DNA of 64,000 nucleotides, taken from a virus. This document shows positions 18,783 through 28,816 of the stretch, one piece after another. The stretch covers positions 7,438 through 71,437 of IMG/VR virus record IMGVR_UViG_3300020112_000969; one strand, 5' to 3'. Below the pieces are notes generated by a model, which was not told where the DNA came from, made no database searches, and worked only from the letters and a program-made list of their open reading frames with translations. The position numbers were made by a program, and so were the translations under genes. The first letter of the stretch is position 1. Every line of letters starts with the position of its first letter.

Positions 18783-21456
18783 CTGTATCCTCCGCGACCA
18801 CCGTCTTCACGGTGTATCGTTCACCGCCATATGTAAACTCACCCCCGTCGCATCTCGTCGGGAATGAGATTTTCCGTTCACAATTTTCAAGAAGGTTCTC
18901 AATCATCTGATCCGCGCACACACTCCACGCAAACGCCTTTGTTGCGCTTTTTGTATAGCACACATCCAGCACGACATCGCACATTACCTTCCTGTTTTGG
19001 CACACCTCGCTGCATCTGCGAATAAAGTCTGATCGCATTGCGCCCATTTCAACGCGCATAGTGTCTGTGTCAACCTTTTCATACTTCGCAAACATTGCAT
19101 AGGAGCGTACCTCGCGATTGTACTCCTCATATATTTCAGCAATCTTCTTTGCCTGCGACACGCTGTACTGTGTTCCGCTTTTCATCATCGAGTAATCGAA
19201 CTTAGTGTCCTCCGGCTTTCTCTCGCACCTTCCGTCAAACCGCTCTTCAAACCGTCTGCATATCTGGTTCATTACGCATTTCCCGTCTCCGACAGGAAGT
19301 CTTTTATCGTACCAGTGCAGGAACTCTTTTTGACGCTCCGTCAATTCTTCATACGGAAGTCTCTTCATCTCGCACACCGTCATTCCGAACTCGCGTAGTG
19401 CGTTCTTGTCTGTGCTGTTTCGGTATGTATTGAATTCTCTTGCAAGAGACGGATAAATATATCTCATGAAGTACGGCTTCTTCTCCGCAAGGATGGAGCG
19501 GTAAAACCGTTTCTTCTCTTCATCCTCAATCATGTTGACGCTGTGCCAGTCGTGCCACGATCTCGGCATCGGCTTACACACGATCCCCTTCGCCTTGTCG
19601 ATGGCGTTTTGCTGGAACAGTTGTCCGCACTGTATTCTGTAGGACAGCTCCTCGTATTCCTTTGAGTCCTTTTCATATCGTGAGCGAACCTCATACATCG
19701 ATGTGATGTAGTTCGTCGTCTTTCCAATATCATTGCCAAAACTATCGATGTTGGACTGGATGACATCCTCCTCTGTCACGACCTTCTTCTTTGCTTTTCT
19801 CTGTGCGCACACAAGCGCCGGCATCTCTTCGTGTCTTCTAAGGAGAACGCTGTTGTCCGTCAGCATCACAAGGTCTCCGTCAAAGTCCATTCCGTTCAGC
19901 GCAGCCATGGAGTTATCCCATGCGTTCATGACAGTGCAGGCATTCATATAACGGAACCACGTGTCAACCTCTTCCCCTCTTCGCACCTTCACCTTTCTCA
20001 CGTTGTTGTGGCACGACATCGGTGCGCGGAAGCAAACAAGCTTTTCCGCATCGCTCTCAGCCCAGTATCTGTTAAAGATCTCTCCGCGTCTAAGAAGACC
20101 GGTTACATCCATTCCGAACATACTCTGACAAAGCGCATACGGGTCTCCGGAAGCGATCGAGTAATTCCCATGCACATTCAGCACGCCGACCTTTGCCTCG
20201 TCGATCCTGTTTTTGATCATCTGCCGTATCTTCCCGTACACAAAAGGATCCTTCAGAATTTCAGGCCATATCATGATCGCCTTTGCAAAGTCGTTTTCCG
20301 TTTTTACTGCGTTGCTTTCAGTAAGCCCGGATCCTTTTAGAAACAGAACTGTTCTTCTCCAGTCATCACTTAGCACATCACTCATCTCGTTCATCGTAGG
20401 AGCGATGAGCTCTTCTATATCGTCGTCGTCCATGCCGAATGACTGGATGAACTGATAGTTCAGTCTTCTCTCATCCTCAAGCCTCTCTGGGCAGGTCTTT
20501 GCAACACCAAATGTGTAGTTGTTGCTTTTGCAACACTTTATGTACGCCTCGCAGCTTTCATAGCTATCCCAAAGCTTCAGCATACTTTCCGTCAGTACGA
20601 GCTGCACTTGTCGTATGTCAAGTACGTTTCCCCACACATCCTTTACCTCGAAGCTCTTTGCCTTTTCCTGCGCGAACTTCACGAAGTCGAAGGTAAATAC
20701 CATACCCTTTGTAAATGCACATCTCGTGTTTACGCCGCTTGTCACATAGCTAAGACCAAGCTCTCTGCTCCACCTTTCCGCAAGGTCTGGACGCATCATA
20801 CCGAACCCGTCTGAAGCGTCAAGCTTGATATCCGCATCCTTGCGATGCTCTACCATCGGCTCTTCTCTTCCGTCATCGTCCATATATATGATGTCGTCCT
20901 TGAATGCCGTTTCGCAGTCGTGTATTACGAGAATTCCGTCCGGCCATGATACAGGGATAGACGCGCTGCAGGTCAGTGCCTTATATGCTTCCAGCTTTGC
21001 CGGAACAAGCTCTTTGCTCATATCGCGTCCGTTATCTACGCGTGACGCAAGCGCATCATGCAGCCTGTCGCTGACAAACACGATCGTTGAGTTCTTGATA
21101 CCGCCGTTCGTCCCAAGAAGTCTTCTGTATGTTACGCCGTTGATGCTGAAGCCTCGAACAGCTCTGTGGTAATCCTTCTCCTTGTCGATGATCAGGCACA
21201 TATAGTCACTCTTAAACTGAATGGCATCAAGCTGCTCATACTTTGCGCGAAGCTCTCTTCTCTTCTGCAGGCTCTCTTCTTCGCTCCTCAGCTTCTTAAT
21301 GGAACGCTTCAACGCAAACGCTCTCTCGTCCGCATCCTCAACGCCGTTCAGCTCGTCTATCCATCGCAGCATTTGGCTGTCCGCAAGTGAGATAACTTCG
21401 TCATTTCGTCTCGCCTCTCGCAGCGGAAGTGTCATGTTCCATCTCGCCTTCCGCAA
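18763..21456 (-). CDS. large protein with DFDGD metal-binding motif (single-subunit RNA polymerase candidate, YonO-like)
   Basis: ORF track; 897 aa. Motif LNGMDFDGDLVM resembles the universally conserved NADFDGD / DxDGD Mg-binding loop of the double-psi beta-barrel in multisubunit RNAP beta-prime, YonO and cellular RdRPs. No helicase or polymerase A/B motifs seen. Confidence 0.4.
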   Translation of the reverse strand: MRKARWNMTLPLREARRNDEVISLADSQMLRWIDELNGVEDADERAFALKRSIKKLRSEEESLQKRRELRAKYEQLDAIQFKSDYMCLIIDKEKDYHRAVRGFSINGVTYRRLLGTNGGIKNSTIVFVSDRLHDALASRVDNGRDMSKELVPAKLEAYKALTCSASIPVSWPDGILVIHDCETAFKDDIIYMDDDGREEPMVEHRKDADIKLDASDGFGMMRPDLAERWSRELGLSYVTSGVNTRCAFTKGMVFTFDFVKFAQEKAKSFEVKDVWGNVLDIRQVQLVLTESMLKLWDSYESCEAYIKCCKSNNYTFGVAKTCPERLEDERRLNYQFIQSFGMDDDDIEELIAPTMNEMSDVLSDDWRRTVLFLKGSGLTESNAVKTENDFAKAIMIWPEILKDPFVYGKIRQMIKNRIDEAKVGVLNVHGNYSIASGDPYALCQSMFGMDVTGLLRRGEIFNRYWAESDAEKLVCFRAPMSCHNNVRKVKVRRGEEVDTWFRYMNACTVMNAWDNSMAALNGMDFDGDLVMLTDNSVLLRRHEEMPALVCAQRKAKKKVVTEEDVIQSNIDSFGNDIGKTTNYITSMYEVRSRYEKDSKEYEELSYRIQCGQLFQQNAIDKAKGIVCKPMPRSWHDWHSVNMIEDEEKKRFYRSILAEKKPYFMRYIYPSLAREFNTYRNSTDKNALREFGMTVCEMKRLPYEELTERQKEFLHWYDKRLPVGDGKCVMNQICRRFEERFDGRCERKPEDTKFDYSMMKSGTQYSVSQAKKIAEIYEEYNREVRSYAMFAKYEKVDTDTMRVEMGAMRSDFIRRCSEVCQNRKVMCDVVLDVCYTKSATKAFAWSVCADQMIENLLENCERKISFPTRCDGGEFTYGGERYTVKTVVAEDTDECDFE

Positions 21457-21545
21457 CCTCGAGGAGTGGATTTTATATATGTATCTCTGACAGGTCTTTT
21501 GTTTCGCCAGAGTACTCGCCTCGCTTTCGTACTGTACTGTTACTG

Positions 21546-21728
21546 TCAGTTAAATTGACCGACATACTCTTCCCACTCGGCACGATATGCCTCTATGCCA
21601 TCCTGCCAAAGTGCCTCATGCTCCGTATCTTCAACGGGGTCTCTATAATCGCATCCCCTGCATTCTTCTCCGCAGATATCTGCATAAATGCACGTTCCTC
21701 CGCACGAACTATTCGCCAACGCCAACAC
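21546..21728 (-). CDS. small Cys-rich protein
   Basis: ORF track; 60 aa; seven Cys. Confidence 0.25.
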   Translation of the reverse strand: MLALANSSCGGTCIYADICGEECRGCDYRDPVEDTEHEALWQDGIEAYRAEWEEYVGQFN

Positions 21729-22989
21729 CTCCTTCGCTTACTCGTTCTACCCAATCCTCCAAAAGCTCTCGCATTCTTCTGGACGGGATGTATATGTAGA
21801 TCTCTCCGCCGTCTCTTATCGCTCCACGCCATATCCACTGCAGCATTTCGGAAAGCGCCCATCCGTCCGCATCAACCTTAATTCCGCGCTTTGCAAAGAA
21901 CCCTGACACCTCAGGTGGGAAGAATCGGTTGACGAGATATGCAAGCACTGCACGTTCGCGATATTCATTTGTCGCTCGGATATTGCACGGGATAAACCCT
22001 TTTGCATATCCCTGCGGAGAGACCATTGGCTTTCCGTTTTCTCCAATGAACGACGTGAACAGAACGTCTGATGTGTGAGCGTCGTTTCGATTGCGAAGGA
22101 AGTTATACGCGTTCGATGCAAGCCTTTTCCCGATATCCGTCTTTGCATTTCTCTCATACCACCCCTTGCCAAGCGCGAACTTGTCCTCACCGATAAAGTT
22201 CATCTTCTTGTCGTAGCATATATGGATCTTCTCGCGAGCCTCAGGTATCACATATTTCAACGGCCTGTCTGTTACGCGGAACTCCTCAGGAGAATTTCCT
22301 TCCACATAGCGGTACTCGAACGGGATACCAAACATATCGAAGTAGTATCGCTGAAGCTGGCAGTGGAACATATAGGTCAAGATGTAGATATCATCAAATG
22401 CGTCGAATGCGATCTTCGGCATCATGCGAACGATACTCGTATCGTTGTAATACCACAGGCATCCTGCATCGCACATTTTCTTTCTCTCGTCCAACACACC
22501 GTAATAGAACCGCTCATCGTTCAGCCAAAACAAGCGACCGTCATCGTCTCTACCGCAATACTTTGTGTTGATCATCTTCGCGTCGTACGGCGATATGTCG
22601 TACTTAAATACAACGGAAGCGACCTCGTCCATCACCAGCGTATAGCCTCCGTCCGATATGAGCTGAACGGTCTCCTCGTCGAACTTCCCGAAAAGCGCGT
22701 GTGTGGTCGCTATGTTTTTCTTTTTGCGAAGCATATTCTTCAGACTAACCAGCTTGCTCAGCGGCTTATACTCGTTCTTCTTATTTTTCATCGCCTCCGG
22801 CGTGAGGAACTTTCTTGTCGTGCAGTTCTTTTTCACGCGCTCTATCTCGCTCAGATAAGGTGTGACGAACATATACCGCTTGTCGCTCTTATCTTCGTTA
22901 ATGAGCCGTATCATAGCGGTTGTCTTACCGAAACCCATCGGTGCGTCAACTACCTTTACCGGATTTCTTTCTTCCATAATTACCTCCAA
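21709..22989 (-). CDS. P-loop NTPase (putative helicase/ATPase)
   Basis: Walker A APMGFGKTT at residues 16-24; Walker B-like LVMDEV; TTHALF motif. Confidence 0.5.
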   Translation of the reverse strand: MEVIMEERNPVKVVDAPMGFGKTTAMIRLINEDKSDKRYMFVTPYLSEIERVKKNCTTRKFLTPEAMKNKKNEYKPLSKLVSLKNMLRKKKNIATTHALFGKFDEETVQLISDGGYTLVMDEVASVVFKYDISPYDAKMINTKYCGRDDDGRLFWLNDERFYYGVLDERKKMCDAGCLWYYNDTSIVRMMPKIAFDAFDDIYILTYMFHCQLQRYYFDMFGIPFEYRYVEGNSPEEFRVTDRPLKYVIPEAREKIHICYDKKMNFIGEDKFALGKGWYERNAKTDIGKRLASNAYNFLRNRNDAHTSDVLFTSFIGENGKPMVSPQGYAKGFIPCNIRATNEYRERAVLAYLVNRFFPPEVSGFFAKRGIKVDADGWALSEMLQWIWRGAIRDGGEIYIYIPSRRMRELLEDWVERVSEGGVGVGE

Positions 22990-23237
22990 ATTGATGGCAC
23001 TTTACTGTGTTAAAGTTTTTACTACGTTTTTCGCCGAAACTTCAGGGTTCTCTACTTGTTCCGGTGCTCTCTCTCCCCAATTCTTTGTTTCATAGACCGT
23101 TTTGAAAAAACCCTGCTGTACCAAGGCTTTCAAGGCACGAAAATCGCGTTTTACTATATTTGATGATCAAGAGACACCATGCCGACACGCCTTCAGCCCA
23201 GTGATACCAATGCTTACAGGCTACTAAGGCGTTTTTC

Positions 23238-23298
23238 AAAAAAAAAAAAAATGAGAACCGGCTCTGCGCGAATATCCTTCGCATAGAATCGGTTCTCT
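23238..23298 (-). terminator. rho-independent terminator downstream of integrase (minus strand)
   Basis: 8-bp stem GAGAACCG/CGGTTCTC with loop, followed on the minus strand by a run of 14 U. Confidence 0.5.
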
Positions 23299-23369
23299 TC
23301 TATTTCAAACTATATTAAATTAAAAATTCTCAGAGCCGCAGCAATAGCGGCGCCTCAGCAGAGCATCTA

Positions 23370-24419
23370 TTACATCGCCCTCGCGCTCTCATCCTCTCTT
23401 TCTGTCACAGAGCTGTCTACGAGGTAGTTGTGCGTCTTGCTGCCAAGGTTCAGATTACGATAGGCTTCCTCAATCTCTTCTCTTGTAATGCCGATGTAAT
23501 CCAGTGTCTGAGCAGCGGAGCTGTGTCCCATGGCTTTCTGAAGAAGCAGAAGCTTTCTCGGATCGTTGTTGCTCATCACCATCTGGTGATACGCCCATGT
23601 CTTACGAAGCGAGTGCGTGGAAAGCTTCATCGTCAAATCAAGCTCCTTCGCAAGCGAGCGGAGCATATGATCCACTCCCTGTCTCGATACAGGTTCGTTC
23701 TTATTGGAGCCTCTGTTGCTCTCAGAGCGGAACATATAGTCGCTCAGTTTCACGTTCTTCGTATTCTCCAGATACAGCGTCACAGCTTCAACGATAGCCG
23801 TATTGATTGTCAGATATCTGTTCTTGCGATGGGTTCTGGTGTTCTTCGTCTTCTGCTCTAAAACGGGAAAGCTGTCCTTGAATGTGTAGTTGTCATTGAT
23901 AAGATTACAGAAGCGAAGCACTCTCAAGTCGCTGATGCGAAGTCCAAGGTTTATACCAACGATAAAAAGCATATTGTCGCGGTAGCGACCGTTACGCTTC
24001 ATGTAATCAGATATGCGCTCGATTTCATCCATATCCTTGATAGGCTCAGCAGCGTGATCTACTGCAAGCTCCTGCGTAACAACTTCCTCAGACGGAGCAA
24101 TCAATCCAGACTTCAGCTTTCTGCATTCCTTCTGGATGGATCTCACGTCAATGTAGCTTTCTTTCTCTCCGCCGGCAAGGGAAGCTCCCGCTTCCATACT
24201 GCCGGACGAACGCTCTTCCGCAGCTTTCTTTTCGTACTCTTTTTCAGAATATATCTCCGTTCCTTTTACCAAGGATCTGCAGCCTGTGCCATTCGCACCT
24301 TTACTTGTCTGGCTGGTAACCTTTACCTCTTCAGCTCTCTTGTCTTGCCGAAGGAAAGCTCCCGCTTTCATGTTCTCTCCCGCTATTCCTTTTCTGTTAA
24401 AATCCAGAGTGATGACCAT
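23370..24419 (-). CDS. int: tyrosine integrase
   Basis: C-terminal HSLRKTWAYHQ...LLQKAMGHSSAAQTLDYIGI (HxxR...H...Y). Start at ATG 24419 with RBS AAAGGAG. Confidence 0.75.
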   Translation of the reverse strand: MVITLDFNRKGIAGENMKAGAFLRQDKRAEEVKVTSQTSKGANGTGCRSLVKGTEIYSEKEYEKKAAEERSSGSMEAGASLAGGEKESYIDVRSIQKECRKLKSGLIAPSEEVVTQELAVDHAAEPIKDMDEIERISDYMKRNGRYRDNMLFIVGINLGLRISDLRVLRFCNLINDNYTFKDSFPVLEQKTKNTRTHRKNRYLTINTAIVEAVTLYLENTKNVKLSDYMFRSESNRGSNKNEPVSRQGVDHMLRSLAKELDLTMKLSTHSLRKTWAYHQMVMSNNDPRKLLLLQKAMGHSSAAQTLDYIGITREEIEEAYRNLNLGSKTHNYLVDSSVTEREDESARAM

Positions 24420-24854
24420 ATCGTATCTCCTTTGCTGTACGCTTCGCCGTAAGACGATCAATGACAGAAGAACCATCGCAGTTCATATATCTTCTCGCCC
24501 AGTATTCTTTCTCTGGCTGCTTATCTATACCAACCAGAAGAGGAACCGCATCTTGAACTATCTATCATTCCACTGTATCAGATGCAACCTAAAAGCAACC
24601 TCAAAGCAGCTAACATTGTTTCAGCGTACCATATATCTGTTATGTATCCGAAGCATCTCTATTTGCTCTTTTCAGAACTGTCTCCCTTCCCAATGTAAGA
24701 GCTGAGACGCCGCACTTATCGTTCCAATGTTTATATTTACATTATAACAGATTTTGTGCGAATTGCAAGTATTATTTGCAATTTCTTTGTTATTTTTTCA
24801 CAAATTCTTCAAAAACAATATCTTTCTTTTTGACAGCGGTTATTGCCGATATAT

Positions 24855-24870
24855 TGTTGCATCTGCAACA
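24855..24870. promoter_or_regulatory. operator-like perfect palindrome TGTTGCA-tc-TGCAACA
   Basis: Seen in sequence within the int-proximal non-coding region. A second inverted repeat ATTGCAA...TTGCAAT lies at about 24762-24782. Confidence 0.3.
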
Positions 24871-25301
24871 TATTCCATAAAAAGCAAATAGCCTTTTCAA
24901 CCTGGTTTCTTCCGCGTCCTGAAGGATCACTGAATGCAGGTCAAAAAGGCTTAACCGTTGAAAGCGTTGGTATGAGTGGATTTTTTAATGATTGCTGGGA
25001 AGGAAAGCTCCTATCCATTTTTGTCGCGCTGTCTGCCCCTGTAATATGGTAAATACCCCCCTATTTGACAATGTGGCAAAAAAGCAAATAGACCGACCGC
25101 CGGACAGCCGCCGCCGGACAGCCGCCGGAACATTTTTTACTTTTTCCGCCTGTTCTATAAGATATTTTTCTTTACAAGCTTTTACCAATGTGGTACAATA
25201 TTGATATGGAGATAGGGCGCGGCTTCCCCTTTTCCACAAAAAGACAGCCGCACCCCTCTGCAAATTTACAGCCGACGGGCTATAATCGTTTGGAGTATAC
25301 C

Positions 25302-26234
25302 ATGCACACAATGATTTGTCAAATTGTCAGCTTTAACGCAGACGGCACGACCGAGGGCAAGCGTCTGACGCTCTGCAACTCCCTTGCAGACGCTTACAGA
25401 AATGAGAGCAGAACAACGCCCCGCGGCTCTTTCCGCGTCTATCCGTTTTGCGACCGCTCAGATGGTGACAGCATTATGGACTTTGCAGAGTATGCCGCAC
25501 GCCAAAAAGCGGCTTGGCTTGTCTGTAATGACAGCGCTGGCGCGGACGCTGTAAATAAGCCCGCTTACGACTATGAAGATATGCGGCAAGACGCGGCGGG
25601 GTATGTATTGGCTTGCGATAACGCCGCCGATATGCGGGATCTTTTACTTGCCGCCCTGCGCGGCATAGACAGGGAGCGCCGCGCAATGTACCCCGCGACT
25701 GGTCGAGACGCGAGTTATAACCCCGCATGGGCGGCTTGCAATGTATGCGACCGCATAGCAAGCGCGACTTTTCCCGCGCTCAATAAGCTTGTTTCCGACT
25801 GTCTGCCCCGCTTGACTGACGCGGAGCAGGAAGCCGTGGAGATGTTTGCAAGCGGTACGACAAAACAGGATATAGCCGACCTTGCTGGCATTTCCCGCCG
25901 CTCTGTTCGCGGTCGTATAGACAACGGACTATTTACCCTCTTGCGGTATATGGACGCTCACAAAGACGCTAACGCGGCATTTGCAAGCGCGGGGATAAGT
26001 AAAGCCGACCGCCTTGCCGCTCTTGCCGTACTTGCAGAAAAAAACAAAGATATCCCACGCGACCGCGCCGCCGCCTATGCCGCCGCCGCAAGAGAAGCCG
26101 CCGCCGCTCCCGCTCCCGCCCCTGTTCCCGCTCCCGCTCCCGCCCCTGTTCCCGCTCCCGCTCCCGCCGCCGACCATGCCGACCGCCCCGCCTTGCTTCG
26201 CATAACATGGGCAACGGCTATCCCGCTTAACTGA
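25302..26234 (+). CDS. sigma-70 region-4 / LuxR-type HTH protein with Ala-Pro repeat tail
   Basis: LTDAEQEAVEMFASGTTKQDIADLAGISRRSVRGRIDNGLFTL matches the sigma-70 region 4 pattern. C-terminal APAPAPVP repeats are encoded by a 21-bp tandem DNA repeat. Local GC is markedly higher than the flanks. Confidence 0.45.
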   Translation: MHTMICQIVSFNADGTTEGKRLTLCNSLADAYRNESRTTPRGSFRVYPFCDRSDGDSIMDFAEYAARQKAAWLVCNDSAGADAVNKPAYDYEDMRQDAAGYVLACDNAADMRDLLLAALRGIDRERRAMYPATGRDASYNPAWAACNVCDRIASATFPALNKLVSDCLPRLTDAEQEAVEMFASGTTKQDIADLAGISRRSVRGRIDNGLFTLLRYMDAHKDANAAFASAGISKADRLAALAVLAEKNKDIPRDRAAAYAAAAREAAAAPAPAPVPAPAPAPVPAPAPAADHADRPALLRITWATAIPLN

Positions 26235-26245
26235 CATAATACACA

Positions 26246-26275
26246 AAAAGCCGCCCTATATGGGCGGCTTTTTTG
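26246..26275 (+). terminator. rho-independent terminator
   Basis: AAAAGCCGCCC-tatat-GGGCGGCTTTTTT hairpin followed by a T run. Confidence 0.6.
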
Positions 26276-26951
26276 TCTATTTTTTTATGCTATTTCTGTT
26301 ATTATGTAAACCTTTTCCCCGCCGCTTTTTTGCCCTGTTTATGCAAGGACAAAGACAGCGAGACAGCGGAAACGCTGACAGCCGCCGCCGCTCCCGCCGC
26401 GCATAAAAAGCAACGCGGACAGGGTGTACTTGTGTTCAAACTTATCACCAATGGGATACCCAGAGCGCCATTGGGTTACTTCTGACAGCAGAAGAAGGAC
26501 AGCCTAAAATTGGGCGGATTAAACGCCCTGAGCGCGGTCACTTACGCGGGTAGTGTTGAGGACTCGGCAACCGATTGATTCCATTGCAGTCGATATAGTA
26601 TTGCTTCTGGTGGTACTACGATGGATAAGTGTTGAAGCAAGAATGTAGCATTGACCGGATTGACGGTCGAACATACTGGGCGCGGCTTTGCACTCAAGGA
26701 GTGAATTGCCGTTGGTATGAGCGAACGCTTTTAGAAAGCTTCGATGAGGTGAGTATATTTGGTATGATGGTCGTTGTGAGCAGACTTGTGGAAGCATGAT
26801 TGCATAGTTGTTAATCTTGTGGACTCACTTGAGTTTGCAAGTTCATATCGGAGCCCTCTGGCAGATAGGCATTGCCGCTCTTGCGGTCGCTTTTATGCCA
26901 GAGGGCTGTAGTATGGGCTTGCCCATAAGATTAAATAAAGGAGTTACTAAA

Positions 26952-27950
26952 ATGGCAACGAAAGAAACGAAAGCCAAACTCGTCGAAAGCTATGCAGAGC
27001 TTATCAAAAAGGTCAATGGCGCTATTTGCAACCGCCGTCCTATCAATGAGGTCGATGGACTTCTGAGCAAACTCGTTGATGTTGAACAGGAGTACAAGGG
27101 TATCGTTGAGAAGGAATTCTTTGCTTCCTGTGAGGACTGCCGCGAAGCCATCATCAAGCACGACTTTGTGACTATCAGCCACAAGAAGAGCATGGAGAAT
27201 GGTATTCTCACCGGCATCGAAAAGGACGACAAGCAGGTTCGTGTTGACCTGAAGAAGTATTGCGAGTACAAGGATATCTCCCTTGACTGGTTCTGGGAAA
27301 TGCAAGCCCTCAATAAGCGTCTCACTCTGAAGACTGCTATTGAGCTTGGAATGTCTCCGGAAGAGGTCAAGAAAATCAATGACTCCTATCTGTTGGATAA
27401 GCTTGCAGAGCAGAAGAGCCTCGGCGCTACTCCCGATAGCAACACTCAGGTTGTCAAGCATATGCAGAAGGTCTTTGATCTGTTGGTCGGCGAAGACAAT
27501 GGCAAGATTACCAACTATGGCATGAACTATGTTCTCAAGTGCTACACGAAGCGTAGCAATCGCGATAGCCTCAAGGTGGTTTGCTCTAAGCATACCATTC
27601 TGATGAGCCTGCTCACTGATGCGTTCCATGCAACGCTGACAGAAAAGGGCTTCGGCGTTGAGTACAAAAAGCGCACACCGGCAGAGATCTCAGTAGAAAA
27701 TGCCGATGCAGCCGTTGATGGAGCCTCGGCAGAGGTTCCCGTAGCAAACGCCGACTCAGCCGTTGAGGAAGCAAAAAAGGAAATCGCGGCAGATGAAATC
27801 GTGGCAGAGGAAATCGTGGCAGAGGAAGCCGCGCCCGCGAAATCTGAAAAGCCCGCAAAGCGTTCCGGAAAGAAATCCGCAAAAAAGTCCGATGATGGCG
27901 TTACCGCTGTTGCTATCGTTGCTCCCGTAGCAGAACCCGCCGCTCTGTAA
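26952..27950 (+). CDS. hypothetical protein with basic/Ala-rich C-terminal tail
   Basis: Start at MATKETKAKL after RBS AAAGGAG; in frame with track ORF 26808..27950. Confidence 0.45.
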   Translation: MATKETKAKLVESYAELIKKVNGAICNRRPINEVDGLLSKLVDVEQEYKGIVEKEFFASCEDCREAIIKHDFVTISHKKSMENGILTGIEKDDKQVRVDLKKYCEYKDISLDWFWEMQALNKRLTLKTAIELGMSPEEVKKINDSYLLDKLAEQKSLGATPDSNTQVVKHMQKVFDLLVGEDNGKITNYGMNYVLKCYTKRSNRDSLKVVCSKHTILMSLLTDAFHATLTEKGFGVEYKKRTPAEISVENADAAVDGASAEVPVANADSAVEEAKKEIAADEIVAEEIVAEEAAPAKSEKPAKRSGKKSAKKSDDGVTAVAIVAPVAEPAAL

Positions 27951-27988
27951 TCAGAGCGGCTTTTTAATCAGGCGAATGGAATTTCATC

Positions 27989-28017
27989 TTGCGGCAATCT
28001 GATGCGCGTGCTATAAT
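27989..28017 (+). promoter_or_regulatory. sigma-70-type promoter (TTGCGG - 17 nt - TATAAT)
   Basis: Seen in sequence directly upstream of ORF 28023..28469. Confidence 0.5.
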
Positions 28018-28022
28018 GTCCG

Positions 28023-28469
28023 ATGGAATTCGAATTTGAAAACAGAGGTGAGCGCGTGTCATACAATCGCGATATGGATGCTCAGATGAACGCCATGATT
28101 GAGTCGATTTGCACTCAGCACGGCGTAACTCCGGAGCAGCTTAAAACGGCTATTTCTGAAGCCGTCATGCACGGTGGAGATGGAAAAGAAGTCGATAATG
28201 AAAGGCTTCTTGATTTAATCGAAGTCAAAACGCAGATGGAATTTCTCTTTGGTGATTGCGCGGAAATCACAACGAAGCTTCGCCCCGCGTTTGATACCGG
28301 AAGCGTAAAGGTTTCTGCTGAGGTTATTAACCTCGATGCAGAGAAAATAGCAACTCTCAGAAGCATTCTAAAGGAATGCGAAACTCTTTCAATGGAGCCG
28401 CTCACGAACGGGAAGATTGACTTAGCCGTCACCGTAGTCGGACTATTCAAAGACAAAGAGCCGGAATAA
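28023..28469 (+). CDS. hypothetical protein
   Basis: ORF track; likely true start at GTG about 28056 (RBS GAGGTG) or ATG 28074. Confidence 0.45.
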   Translation: MEFEFENRGERVSYNRDMDAQMNAMIESICTQHGVTPEQLKTAISEAVMHGGDGKEVDNERLLDLIEVKTQMEFLFGDCAEITTKLRPAFDTGSVKVSAEVINLDAEKIATLRSILKECETLSMEPLTNGKIDLAVTVVGLFKDKEPE

Positions 28470-28500
28470 TATTGCCGGTGGAAATTGAAAATTGTGTAAG

Positions 28501-28539
28501 AACCCCGATGGTCGTATCTTGAACCGTCGGGGTTTTCTT
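28501..28539 (+). terminator. rho-independent terminator
   Basis: AACCCCGATGG...CCGTCGGGGTT stem followed by TTCTT. Confidence 0.5.
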
Positions 28540-28561
28540 ATGCCCTTGTGAGGAAATTCAA

Positions 28562-28816
28562 ATGAAACCAAACACAATTTACACGCATGATGAAGCGGCT
28601 CGCATTTTAGAGCTGTTTGAGAATGTGCTGATGGAAAATGGAATTTCAGTTCCGAGTCCTGAAGACGATGAGCGAGATGATGATGATCGTCTCGGTCTGT
28701 ACGGCAGTACATACTCCGACCTGCTTGACTCCGTTGAGGAAATTCTGATTGGAGTTTGCGGAGATGCAGCTTCCGGAAGCGAAGTTGTAAGCCATGAATT
28801 TTCCGGAACCTTTTGA
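28562..28816 (+). CDS. hypothetical small acidic protein
   Basis: ORF track; 84 aa. Confidence 0.4.
   Translation: MKPNTIYTHDEAARILELFENVLMENGISVPSPEDDERDDDDRLGLYGSTYSDLLDSVEEILIGVCGDAASGSEVVSHEFSGTF

Noticed and set aside
26104-26168. Tandem 21-bp DNA repeat, considered as a CRISPR-like or VNTR element
   Set aside because: It lies inside the ORF 25302..26234 and simply encodes the APAPAPVP repeats. There are no spacers and no cas genes.
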